DNA from: Eledone cirrhosa | Lineage: Eukaryota | NCBI GenBank assembly: GCA_964016885.1 | Contig: OZ024740.1 | Coordinates: 240,684,001-240,748,000 of the forward strand | Reading direction: 5' to 3' | DNA: 64,000 bases | Shown here: piece by piece, positions 50,064 to 62,330 of the stretch | How the letters are laid out: every line of letters begins with the position of its first letter | Position numbering within the stretch: position 1 is the first letter of the stretch | Program-made: the position numbers and the translations under genes | The notes under the pieces: generated by a model | Told to the model about the DNA's origin: nothing | Seen by the model: only the letters and a program-made list of their open reading frames with translations | The model's database searches: none

Positions 50064-51713
50064 CTAGCAGTTTAGCCCGGCGTTGCTCGGGTTTGTTCAT
50101 TTGCTATAAAAAGTTACATACAGGTAAACGTAGCTTGAAAGCGCATAAGCTTATCAATTAAGTGCATAAAGCAGTTGAACCGGTTATTAATAGTTACGAA
50201 CCAATTAGCATTTTGGACAATCAATGATGGGTTAATAATCTTCCAATAGTGAATTTAGTAGACCAAAGTTGCAGGATGGTGGCCCTGATGCCGCTGGGTG
50301 TCGGATCTGTCCGCTATGGGTGACCCTACCAGTTTTCCAGACGGCATAGCTCCAACACCTGCACCAACATCTATAGCACCTTTTTGTAGACGATGTTGCA
50401 TGTCATCCCTTGAGGAGTGTAAGCAAAAAGTCCATTCCTGCTCTCTACGCGGGAACAGGCAACATAAAGTTGGCCATGGGAGATTAGCCAGTTTCAGTCT
50501 GAACACTCTGGCAATGAGGTCATGTCTGTTCGAATAATTTTGCCCAGGAAAAAGTTCACAGGTTACATTCCGATTCATATGTCTATAGCATTAATCTGTT
50601 AAATGAAGTGTTATTTTGCGGGTTGTTATTTGCAATAAGCCGATTGAAAATGCCCCAGATAAGCCGTATGCCAATATGGAACGCTTCACTGCAGTGTTGT
50701 CATATAGTGAGTGAAGAGCAACAGAGAGAGTAAAGCAGTTAAATTATAGAGAGGGGGAATATACAGAACGCTCCATTTGATCATATACATTGTTTCTCTC
50801 TCTGCAGTGTTGTCATAGGGAGTGAAGAGCGACAGAGAGTAAAGCAGTTAAATTATAGAGAGGGGGAATGATCATGATCGATTTTTGCCCTTATTGTTGA
50901 CTGATTTGAAATTTTTTTGCTTCATGACCTTCTCCTGACCAAAAGCAATAATTGTCCCGACTTTGAATAGAATCCCGTAAAAAAAGTTTTCTCAATTTTT
51001 TGTCTCATATTGAGAAAAACAAAGAAAGAAAATTACAAAAAGGACAACAATAAAATATGTCTTTGTTGAGAATCATGTAAATAAATGCTTAAGCGTTGTT
51101 ATTGTTACATTTGTTGTTTTATAAATTCATCTGTTGCTTTTGAATATTTATTATTTGATGTAAAATGTAAGTGTGTAAAATGTAACATTGAGAGAGCAGT
51201 ATGTATTTAGTGTTATCGGCTTTTTAAATTTTGATATTTGATGTATGAGTGTTTGTTGCTTAGGTTTCAAAGTTTGTATCGCGTTCCTTCAAAAGAAGTT
51301 TTGTCGTTCTAAACTGTAAAGAATAGTAGACGGAGGCAGTAACCTTTTAAAGAGTTGCAGAGGGGGGAGTAGAGAGAGTGATGAACCTTTTAAAGAGAGT
51401 TGCAGAGGAGATTGAGAGTGGAGTAGAGGAAAAGATGAACCTTTTAAAGAGAGTTGCAACATGTATGTAGTTTCATATATTTTGATGGTAGTAGTGAGAG
51501 GAATGAAGTGTGTAAGAAAGAGGGTTACAGCATGTATTTAGTTTTATTGATTATTTTTCATAGAGGCAGGAAATTTTTAGCAAAAATAATTACGTGTTGA
51601 CCTGCCCTGGTAAATTTGGAAAAAAATTCATCAAAATCGGTAGAGAAATGTGGAAATGCATAAAAATCATACACACACACAGACAGACATCTACCGTTTT
51701 ATATATAGAGAGA
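50064..51713 (-). mobile_element. Internally deleted Helitron carrying Rep and Pif1-helicase fragments
   Basis: A|TC...CTAG|T termini, hairpin CCCGAGCAACGCCGGG; ELFPGQ...DLIARVFRLKL and SHGQLYVACSRV...TCNIVYKKVL-stop. Confidence 0.9.
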
Positions 51714-52622
51714 TAACTAGAGCTGAGCTAGTGTTGTCTGTGGACGTAGGCATGGTCTGAATGGTTGAGACGTTCACTTTGCACTCATAAGGTTTTAAGT
51801 TCGATTCCACTGCATGGCATTGAGTAAGTGATTAATTTGTGTGTATAATTGGGTAGACAGAAATTGTATGGAAGCCAATTGGATGGATTTTATTTAATAA
51901 ATTTCAATTGGCTTTAGAAAGAAAAAAATTAAATTGGAAAGGAAGAGAGAACAGCAGACTCTAAACCCATATGTTAGCTGTGCTCACAGACAAAATGGCG
52001 AAGGCATTGATGCTGAGAACAGCCAGCTACACCCGCTCCATTTGTCACCCCATCTCATGGGGCTCCTTTCTCAGGCACAATGCACTTTTGATTTTGCAGG
52101 GGAAAACGGTAATTTGGGGACGAAGAGCATTAGAAGTCTCAACAATGATGGCATGAAAAAAATGCAGTCGGATTAGTCCCATTATTTGGCTATCTTCCTC
52201 TCTTTTGAGTTACAGGCTGGAGGTGGAGAACATACCACCGCATGTGTCATCTCAAATTAGAGATTTACCTTCCTCGAACAGGAAGAGAGTTATCCTGTCT
52301 GGGTGCTTACCATTACTACATTCAAAGCTGGATTGATTGTACCTTTAATTCTAAACTTTAGCTTGATCCCAATAGGATTTCACTCTGTGTAACCCGATAC
52401 TCCCTACACCTCTTATTTTGGCTGGTGTCCCAATGAGATCAGATGGATGATAGTAGTAACCAACTCACTCGATAAACAGTTTAACCCCTGCCTACATAAC
52501 AAACTGACAAGACAGAATAACCACTCAGAGCCTGTTCGCCCAAATGACAACAGGGGCAATCAATCGCCACAGTCAAAAACAAACAAAAAACGATTTTTTT
52601 TCATTCTCTGTTTTTCTTATTA

Positions 52623-52693
52623 TGCAATATACACCTGATGATGTCACTAGGTTCATACGTAACCTGGCCACTGAAATGTGCATAGTGTTTGCA
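52623..52693 (+). ncRNA. Minimal type I hammerhead ribozyme, Penelope-like
   Basis: CTGATGA 52635-52641, GAAA 52673-52676, short helix III (ATG-TG-CAT), AUA site, helix I ACAC/GTGT plus TGCAA/TTGCA. Confidence 0.7.
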
Positions 52694-52877
52694 GAAATAA
52701 AACTTTGAAGAAATACAACCTGTCCAGCCTCCTGTCATTTTATCCTATAACATAATTTAACTTTGTGACGTCTAGTGCTTTCCTAATATTACTTCATGGT
52801 TAACATTGAGGAATGACCTATTCTACCCAGTGGTGAACTATCAAATTTAAGCGTATATATATATATATATATATATA

Positions 52878-53217
52878 TCATCATCATCACCGTTTTACAT
52901 CCATTCTTCCATCATGCTAGCATGGGTTAGACGGGTTGTCTTGTTGTGGGCAATGTTAGGTCGGGCGACCTTGTCTAGCTCATACGGGAACTGATTTTGG
53001 CTTGATTTCTATAGCTGGATGCCCTTCCTAACTCTAACCTCATTTACAGTGAGTGCTGGGTGCTTTTATTCCGTGGTGCCTACACGACCACTTTACAGTG
53101 TGGTCTGGGCGCTTTTTTGTTGTGACATCCCCCCCACAACCACTTTGCAGTGGGAGGGAATGGGGGCATATTGTCTATATGCTTCGGCTTGTTCCCGTGG
53201 GAAGTCAGGTCTTCTGT
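52878..53217 (-). mobile_element. RTE family 1 3' end
   Basis: Similar to 16660-16995; tail abuts an (AT)n tract. Confidence 0.85.
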
Positions 53218-53979
53218 ATCGAAAGGTTGTGAGTTCAATTCTCAGACCGGGTGATGTGTTGTTTCCTTGAACAAGACACTTTATTTCATATTGCTCCAGT
53301 TTACTCAGCTGTAGAAATGAGATGATAGAACTGGGGTCCCTATCATTCCACTGCGAAGTGGTCGTGGAGGTGCCACAGCAAAAAAAGCACCCAGCACTCA
53401 CTATAAATGAGGTTGGTGTTAGGAAGGGCATCCAGCTGTAGAAATCAAGCCAGAATCAGTTCCCCAATGAGTAAGACAAGGTCAGCCAACCGGACACTGC
53501 CCACAACAGGACAACCCGTCTAACCCATGCTAGCATGGAAGAACAGACGTAATACGGTGATGATGATGATGACATAGATATAAATTGATTATATAGAAAA
53601 TAATTAAAAATTGAATTTTTGTTGTATATATTTACAATATACTACCCCCACCCCATCCACACCACCCCTTCCAATGTAAAGTTATGTTGGTACCACAGCA
53701 TCCAGTCCGAAATAAATGAGGGCGTGTAGGTGTCACGACAAAAAAACACACAGTCCACGCTGCAATGTGGCCGTGTAGGTAACACGGTAAAAACCTCCCA
53801 GTCCAAGTGGGAAAATTCCCGTTCAAACCCATGCTAGCGTGGAAGATGGACGTTAAACGATGATGATGATGTAAATTGGTGTTGGGAATATGTCATCTTA
53901 TCAATTTCTATATAAAACATTTTTTCATTTCTTGATTTTATTTTGAATTTTAATCTCATCTTTTTGTGTTTTATTTTAG

Positions 53980-54065
53980 TTTATTTGAAGGTGAATTAAA
54001 TGAAGCCATCCCTGTTGTACACGTTTCGCTTGCTGGTTGCCGGATAATTGGGCGTATGTGTGTTG
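53980..54065 (+). CDS. EIF6: eIF6 exon 2
   Basis: [29 protein letters not shown]; tag/gtaagt bounded. Confidence 0.96.
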
Positions 54066-54117
54066 GTAAGTTATCTTCTGGAATATATTTCCTTTTTCTT
54101 TAAGATGTGTCCTGCAC

Positions 54118-54753
54118 TTTATATATATATATAAAACTGAGAATGTCTATCTGTGTGTGTGTGAGTTTGAATCCCTAAAACTCAAGAAGCACCCAACCGA
54201 CTGTTTTCAAACTTTACACATGTAATACTTATGTTTCAGGGAGTGTTGTGCACATAATTCAACTTTTTCATCCCCTAGGGCCCACATTAGGTGAAAAACT
54301 GCATTTTTTCAGTTTTTTAGGGGTTTTTTGAGGCGTTACGTCAGACTGATTTCCTTGAAATTGTAACTATGTAGTAGTCAGTCTCTTCATACCGTGAGCA
54401 AAGAAAATCCAACTTCTTTATGGCGTTGGGCTCGCATTAGGTGAAAAACTTCATTTTTTCAGCTTTTTAGGGCTTTTTTGAGGTGTTACGTCTAGCCGAT
54501 TTTCCCGAAATTTCAAGGCATATTACGCACATAAAAAAAATTCATTTTCTTGATCCCCTAGGGCCTGCATTAGGTGTAAACCTGCATTTTTCCTGCATCA
54601 TCGATGAAAATTTTAAAGATTATCCAGCCAACAGAGTATTCGGTTTATTTTCTTTACATATTGTCCAGGCATGCAATTTTTCCACGATTAGGTCTGTTGG
54701 CGGCCCGCATTCCAAAATACCTTATCCCGTGCAATGCGGGGTACCACAGCTAG
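54118..54753 (+). mobile_element. Non-autonomous Helitron-like element
   Basis: Same family as 29271-29922; ends CTAG|T. Confidence 0.85.
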
Positions 54754-54901
54754 TATTAAATAATTCCAAAGAATGTCTTCAAAATTATTTATGCTTAATT
54801 TAATTTTAATTTAACAAAAAAGATAAAGTTGTAGTCATTGGTAATGATAGATCTTCTTTAAACTGTTTTATGTAATTTGTATATATATATATATATATAT
54901 A

Positions 54902-55740
54902 TCATTATCTTTATCATCATCATCATTTTATGTCTGCTTTTCCCTGCTTGCAAGGGTTGGATGGGTCCTCTTCAGCACAGCATCTCTCCACTTGTCACAG
55001 TCCTTCATCATCTCGGTGAGTTTCAGCAATTTGAGGTCTGCCCTCACCACCTCCACCCATGTTTTTCGTGGTCTACCTCTACTGCGTCTTCCTTCTACTG
55101 GGATTTCTTGGCACTTCTTTACCCAGCAGTCATCCTCCATGCGCATCACATGTCCATACCATCTCAGCCTTCTCTCCTGCACACTACAACTTATCCCTCT
55201 TATACCCAGTTTCTTTCTCAACTCGTCTATACTTGGTCATTCACGCACATTGACATTGCACATCCAACAGAGCATACTTGCTTCATTTCTCTCCAGCCGT
55301 CGCATATCCTCTGCAGTTGCTGCCCATGTCTCACTACCATGCAGCATTGCACATCTCAGACGGGCATCATATAACCGTCCTTTCGTACGCAGAGAGAAAC
55401 CCTTCTTTGTCAATAGAGGAAGCAGCTCCCTAAACTTCTTCCAACCCGTCCTTATTCTAGATACGTACCTGAAGTTATCAACCACTTCTATAGAACCCAC
55501 CTGCATTTGAAAAATGTGTCTATCACTGAGATTACTACTGCCAACTTTCCCTGTACATCTACTGCATACATAGTTTTCCCTACCTGTTAGTTTGCCTGCT
55601 ATCCCACTGCATCTCTTGTGTACCCAAGATCTGCATTGCGTACATTTTATGGAATTTATGCCAGTTCCTTTCCTACATATCGAACATGGCCATTTCCCCG
55701 ATGGAATCAGAGTATTGTCCTCTCTTCTACTTATCAACAC
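54902..55740 (-). mobile_element. RTE family 2, 3' part (PHD finger + C-terminus, (ATG)n tail)
   Basis: WPCSICRKG...CTQC..WVHKRC..., RRLRWYGHVMRM, ends LASREKQT-stop directly before the tail. Confidence 0.9.
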
Positions 55741-56262
55741 TAGAGGTATCCCTCTATTTTCCAATTGCAAATGTTCTGCTCACACTATTATTGCTGTATT
55801 TATCATTTCACTAGCCTCCACAACACATTTATTTTACCCTCGTTTTCTTTTCCCATGCTGTCTCTCTACGAAGTCATCTACTCCCTTCGAAATCCTAACA
55901 TTAACATTTCGCCTTGTCTAATATAGGTACTCGTATCGGTTTATTTTGCCCTGAGATGCTATAGGCCATGATGGCTACCTATCTCACAATTTCCCTCCCC
56001 CACCCCCTCACATCACCATAGCCTATTCGACCAATCAAACCTCAGCATGTCCCCCCCCACCCATTACCAACCCAAACAAACCCTGCCATTACTACTACTA
56101 CTTACCTCTCTCCTCACCCGTCCCGGCCCCAACACACTCTGCCATTATTACCACCACCACTGTTCTTCTAGCCCTGAATTCTCCTACCGTTATGTATGGA
56201 TGAGCTGAGAATAAATGGAGCAACCCCGAATTAATAAATGAAAATAAATATGAATCCGTGAG

Positions 56263-57857
56263 CTACCAAGCACCCATGTGAAGCTTCAATTCAGAGACAG
56301 GAAGCATACACACACCCCTGCAAAAATCGACCCTTTCCCACGAATGTTGACAAATGCCCAAAACTCCGAGTTGGTACCATCAATGTAAGCACAATGAAAA
56401 GAAGAGCAGGAGAAATCGTACAGATTCTAGAGTGAAAGGAAATTGATGTATGCTGTGTGCAAGAGACTAGATGGAGAGGAGAGTCTGCTAGAGTCCTTGT
56501 AGGAAAAAGTCAGTGCTACAAATTTTTCTGGGTGGGAAATGACGATGGGATGGGTGGTGTAGGTATCCTTCTAGCTGACAAGTGGGTAGATAAGGTAATC
56601 TCAGTGAACAGGGTGAGTGCAAGAATCATTAAACTCAGACTAGTCCTGAATAAAACAATTGCCACAATAATATCAGCTTACGCACCCCAATCGGGGTTGC
56701 CAGACGAACTTAAGGATAGGTTTTACGAGTCCCTAATGCACACTACTGCTCTAGCAAACGACAATGACTTCCTAATCATTGCAGGAGATTTTAACGGACA
56801 CGTAGGTAAACACAGTGATGGCTTCTATGGAGACCATGGGGTATGAAGGATTCAGGCTTCTAGAATTATGCGACGCCAATGACATGTCGATATGTAACAC
56901 AAACTTCAAAAAATCCGACAACCACCTGATCACCTATAGATCAGGGGAGCATTCTAGTCAGATAGATTTTATCCTCATCAGAGGACGTGACAGATGGATG
57001 GTCGTAAACACAAAAGCCTTCCCTAGTGAGGAATGTATCTCCCAATACAACTTAGTTGTCAGCAACCTCACGGTCAGAACTAGACGAACCTGGAAACAGA
57101 AGCCAGCCTGGAGAAGAAAGATCTGGAAGCCGAAATACCCCTCAGCCAGTAACAGATGGAAGAACAGGGGAAGCAGGGTACATTACATAGAGACCAGGAG
57201 GGAAGCTAGGTGACAAGTATATTTAGCTAGGAGGAAGCAGAGGATAGAAAATTGAAGCATGTTTTGCAACCTGAGGACCAGAAACAGGAGGTGTTCAAGA
57301 TTGTGAGGCAGTGTGTCAGAGAGAATTGTGATGTCATTGGAGAGAAGTGTATCCGGAATGATAGCTTTCCCTCACAAGTGCTGAGAAGAAAGATGCGTGG
57401 AAGAGCCATTATGATAGATTACTAAATGAGGAGAATGCATGGGAAGAAGAGACCCTATAGAGGGGCCAGCAGTACAAGTCGGCAGCAGCCTAGTAAGTAA
57501 GGCAATCAAAGATATGAAGACGGGGAAGGCAACCGGTCCATCGGGTATAGCTGCCGAGATGCTGAAGGCATCTGGGTCGGTAAGTCACACCATAACCACA
57601 CGTATTGTTAACCAGGTAATGTTAGAGGGTGTCATACCAAAGGATTGGTGCAGTAGCATCATTGTCAACTGCTACAAAGGTAAAGGTGATGCACTAGATA
57701 GAGGAAACTATAGAGGTATAAAGCTGATGAACCAGGTCATGAAAGTAACAGAAATAGTTATAACACAGTTGATTAGGGACCGGGTGAAACTAGATGAGAT
57801 GCAATTTGGGTTTGTGCCATGAAGAGGCACCACTGATGTCGTCTTCATTGTGAGGCA
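56263..57857 (+). mobile_element. RTE family 1, 5' half, decayed
   Basis: High identity to 18250-20046 (reverse complement), with stops and deletions. Confidence 0.92.
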
Positions 57858-59900
57858 TTTAAGTGAGACTTAGTACACCGGCATCATTCCGGGCACACTT
57901 ATCTCCAACAACATCTTGATTTGCACTGACACACTGCCTTGCAATGCGGAACACCGTACGTCTTTGATCTTCCTGTTGCAGAACATTGGCAAATCTCCTA
58001 CTCTCAGCCTCCCTGCATGCTAAGTACACCTGACGTCTAGCTTCTCTCTTAGCAGCTGTGTATCCTTCTCCCACCGTTTTTCCAAGCCTTCCATGCCAGT
58101 CTTTTGTCTCTAATGGCCCTATCTACCGTGCTGTTCCACGACCAGGTCACTCTCTGTCTGGTTGAAGCTCTGCCTCATCCACAAGTTTCTTCAGTAGCCT
58201 GCAGTAAGTTGTCACGCAAGAAATTTCAGTTATCATCTATGTCATACAACTCTAAATCGTCTTCTTTTTCGTCATACACATCTTGAAGGGCTTTGCTAAA
58301 TTTATATTTTAATGAAAGGTCTTTCAGCTTCCAGACCTTTCTTTTCCACACCTTCCTGTATGTCTCATCCTTTCTCTTGCTTACTGAGATGTCACTAACG
58401 ACTAACCTATGCTGTGGGGTACATTCTTCCCTGGGGTATGCCTTAGTATTTGAAACCATCTGTCTGCCTCGCTGTCTAATTATCTGGCTTATGTGCTCGC
58501 CTGATTTGTAGGTTATTAGGTGGTTGGTAGGCTTCTGGAAGTTAGTATTGCAAATGGTTAGTACATTTGCATCACAAAATTCAAGAAGACTCTCTCCTTC
58601 ATTTCTTGAACCGTAACCGTGCCCACCATGTACCCCAGTGTATCCATCCTGGAGCTGTCCAACATGTCCATTGAAGTCCCCCCGCTAGCATAACGATGTC
58701 TCTGTCCTCTGTTATTGAGGCTGTTTGTAAAAGTTGCTCGTAAAAGCAGTCTTTCTCTTCTTTACCTAGGCCTGCCTGGGGAGCATCTTAGTCTTAGTCT
58801 TAGATTCTTCCGCGCTGTTCGGCGCATCGAGCAATAAGAACTCACCAACAGTCACGATCAGCGGCAACTTTTTCGAGACCGTGCCAGGTGATGTTGACTG
58901 CCATCAGGTCCTTCCGGGACGTTCGTCGCCAGGTGATCGTTGAGCAACCCCGCCTCCGTTTGCTGCCAGGCGGAGTCCAGTTCATTGCTGTTTTCAAATG
59001 CCGTTCATTTGGCAGATGCAGAATATGAGCAGCTAGATGGCACCGACGCTCTGTGACCACTCTCTGTAGCGTCCAAGACACGGCTCTCCTGGGGAGCATA
59101 GGCAGAGATGATTGTCAGTAATCTCTTGCCTACAACTAATCTAAGCTTAATTATTCTATTATTAACTCTAACTACCTCTATTGTCTTATTGATCCATCTC
59201 TCAGCCAGTAATATGCCCACCCCCACCTAACCCATCATCATTACCCACCCAGAAAAGCTTATAACTACGATGTTTGCCTGCGAGTCTTGCAGAGGCACCT
59301 CTCCATCTTACCTCATGCATACATCCACATACCTTCTCTCCAGCATCTCTGCTATCTCACCGGATCTACCCGTTAGAGTGGCAACTCTGTGATGCAACAT
59401 CTCATTCTTTTTCCTGTTGTGCGATTGCCTGATGACGGTCGTGGGATTCTCACACATGGCCTCACTAGCCACCCCACTACTGTGCGCAGCCCTAACATGG
59501 TTAGTGTTATTGCTGTTGACGCAGTTGTAATTCTTATTTGTTGTGCTCATAATTTTGGCATTTATTATACTGGGTGGATGCCCTTCCTAACACCAGCACC
59601 ACTTTACAGCATGGACTGGGTGCTTTTATTCGTGCCACCAGCACTAGAGAGGTCGTCTTACTGGACTCAGGGGCCCTATCCACCCCTCTATTTTACAGCA
59701 TGGACTGGGTGTTTTTAGTCATGCCACCAGCACCAGGGAAGTTGTCTTACTGGACTTAGGGGACTTCTCTACCCCGCACCAATTTATTCGGAGTGGCAGC
59801 TCCCCTAGACGAGTTGCCTACATTGCGGCCTACGGCGCCCCTTGTCTGTTCTATGAAATATTCACGAGGGAGTGGTTAGCATACAGCGTCGGGCATGTAT
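57858..59900 (-). mobile_element. RTE family 2, 5' part (5' UTR + APE), interrupted by a nested insertion
   Basis: GRSGEIAEMLERR, GVGILLAERW, ISAYAPQ and PQHRLVVSD fragments; 5' UTR motif GCAACTCGTCTAGG near 59805-59818. Confidence 0.85.
58787..59087 (-). mobile_element. Nested 3' fragment of a different RTE-like LINE with (ACTAAG)n tail
   Basis: Similar to 24810-25093; flanked by 12-bp TSD CCTGGGGAGCAT (58775-58786, 59088-59099). Confidence 0.9.
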
Positions 59901-60830
59901 ACCGAATGTGGTGGATGGGAAGTGAGAACTGTAATGGCTGATACATAGAATTTTAACACAGTTTCTAAGTCACATACACACAAATATATAAAATAAACAT
60001 TACGAAAAGTGAGAGCTTTCACTTTCGTTCAAGCTGTTACATATACTATTTGACATAATTTTGGAGATATGAAGAAAACAAAACCTATCTTTGAGAAATT
60101 CACGTAGAGTAATGATTTTCAAGCCTAGAGATAACGGAAATCTTCTCGTGGTTGATACATAGAATTTTAACAGAGATTCCAAATCACATACACACAAATA
60201 TATAAATAAACAAATACAGCCAACACTATAACAGCTAGCTTAGAAAATTGGATAAAATACCCCTACAACCAGAAAAATTGGGCAGCAACTGCTTCTCTGC
60301 TTCTCTGTTGCAATTATTCTATGCTCTTTGAATTCCCACATTTTCAAATTTCATATTGGAAGTTTATTTACTCTCCGTCAAATTTGAGATTTTGACACTT
60401 AAAAACTCATAATCTGATGATTTATGTGTGTAGGTGACCTAGTGGTTAGAATAAAAAGCATGTGGCCAAGTGGTTAGGATGTTAGACCCACTATCATAAG
60501 ATTGTAGGTTTAATTTCTGGACCGGGTGACACATGTTCTTGAGCAATATGCTTCATTTCACATAGCTTTTCATGGTAGTACTGGGGCCCCCCATCATTAA
60601 AACATCCAAGAAAACTCATCTGAGATGCAACCTTGTGGGATGCTAGCTAAACCTGCATAGATGTGAGCTGTAAATTTCATTTTAACCAATTTAATACCTG
60701 TGTTGTCTATTTTATCTTGTGTATTTTACTTTTTGAGTTTTTTCAAGACAAATTTCATTGCATGCTGTTGCATATGACAATAAACTTCATTCCAATATTA
60801 AATGTTTTCATTTGATTTTTTTTGCTGCAG

Positions 60831-61006
60831 GAAACAAAAATGGTTTGATTGTTCCTAACTCTACCACTGACCAAGAATTGCAACATATCCGTAACAGTCT
60901 ACCAGACTCTGTTCATGTCCAGAGAATAGAAGAAAGGCTGTCAGCATTAGGCAATGTGATAGCTTGTAATGATTATGTTGCCCTTGTGCATCCAGACCTT
61001 GACCGG
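60831..61006 (+). CDS. EIF6: eIF6 exon 3
   Basis: [58 protein letters not shown]; cag/gtaata bounded. Confidence 0.97.
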
Positions 61007-61121
61007 GTAATACAATTAAATCTAATTGTCCTATGTTGCTCTTATTCATCCTGTTTAATCAAACTGATGTTTTATTTTTCTTTGATTCTGAATATTTTCC
61101 ATTTTGCCATTTTTTCCATAG

Positions 61122-61232
61122 GAGACAGAAGAAATTATCTCCGATGTATTGAAAGTTGAAGTGTTTCGACAGACTATTGCTGATAATGTCTTAGTTGGAA
61201 GTTATTGTGCCTTCAATAACCAAGGTGGTCTT
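61122..61232 (+). CDS. EIF6: eIF6 exon 4
   Basis: [37 protein letters not shown]; tag/gtgagt bounded. Confidence 0.96.
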
Positions 61233-62330
61233 GTGAGTAACATTTGCTTCTAGAATTTACGCATCTATGCTTAAATATAATCTAATATTTTTCCCACAAA
61301 GACGGCAATAGTTCTTAAATTTACTTAAGCATTCAAACCGGCCAGAATTATCTCACGTCTTTCTGTTCGAATCGGCTGTAACCAGCTGCTCATTTTGATG
61401 TTAAGGTATTGTTCTCAAAATAAATAATATCAAAATCTCATAGATTTGATATTATTTAAGATAAAGCCTTTACCATGAAAATACAATAGTAAATATGGAG
61501 TAATGTAAATGCTAAAGGGTTAAATTGATAGCAAACTGTTATTGCTGACTCTTCTCCATTACTCCAGTATTAGATTAGCAAAAGAATTTATCAGTATTAG
61601 ATAAAAACATTTTAGAAAATCATATCCTTGTGATTAAGATTAATTGTTGCAACTCATCATCAGAAAGGGTTGAATGGGTCATTGACAGACTGGGTTGGTT
61701 CTTTTGTGCCCTTTATTATAGGATAGATACCTGCTCAGTACCTTATCCTCTGCTGTGATACAGCTTGTTTTTAGATAATTTTCTTCATGCTTATAGATTG
61801 TGGAATTCTCTGCATTTGATCAATATTTGAATTTTAATTCTAGTTTCAACCCATTAATGCATATAGTCAGTCCTCAAAATAGGACAGCCATAAAATGATA
61901 TAATACAAACTGTTCACATATCAACTTTTTATTACTCCTATCTATTGTATCAGATATAATCAGTCATCCTTTTCTGATTTTTCCTTCCATACTGTTTATA
62001 TTTCTTATTCAATTATAAGTGTCCAGTTTACCCTGCAAGATGGTAGTGCTGATGTCACAAGGAAAATGCACCAGTCCATCTTGTAATGTGGTAGTAATGG
62101 TGCCATAACAAAAAGCACCTAGTTGACCATGTAAGGTGGTAGTGCCAAAGTCACAATAAAATTTTCCCAGTACAATCTGTGAAGTTGTTTGCATTAGGAA
62201 AGGCATCCAACCATAGAAACCATGCCAAAAACAAAGTGTACGAGCAAGATGTGGTTACCTGATCAGTCTGGTCTATTGTTAATTGTAACCCCATTTTTTC
62301 ATTCATATAACTGTTTCTACTTTTGGCACA

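Noticed and set aside
59800-59945. HDV-like ribozyme at the RTE family 2 5' end (GCTAAC present)
   Set aside because: I could not find P1/P2/P3 pairings by eye.
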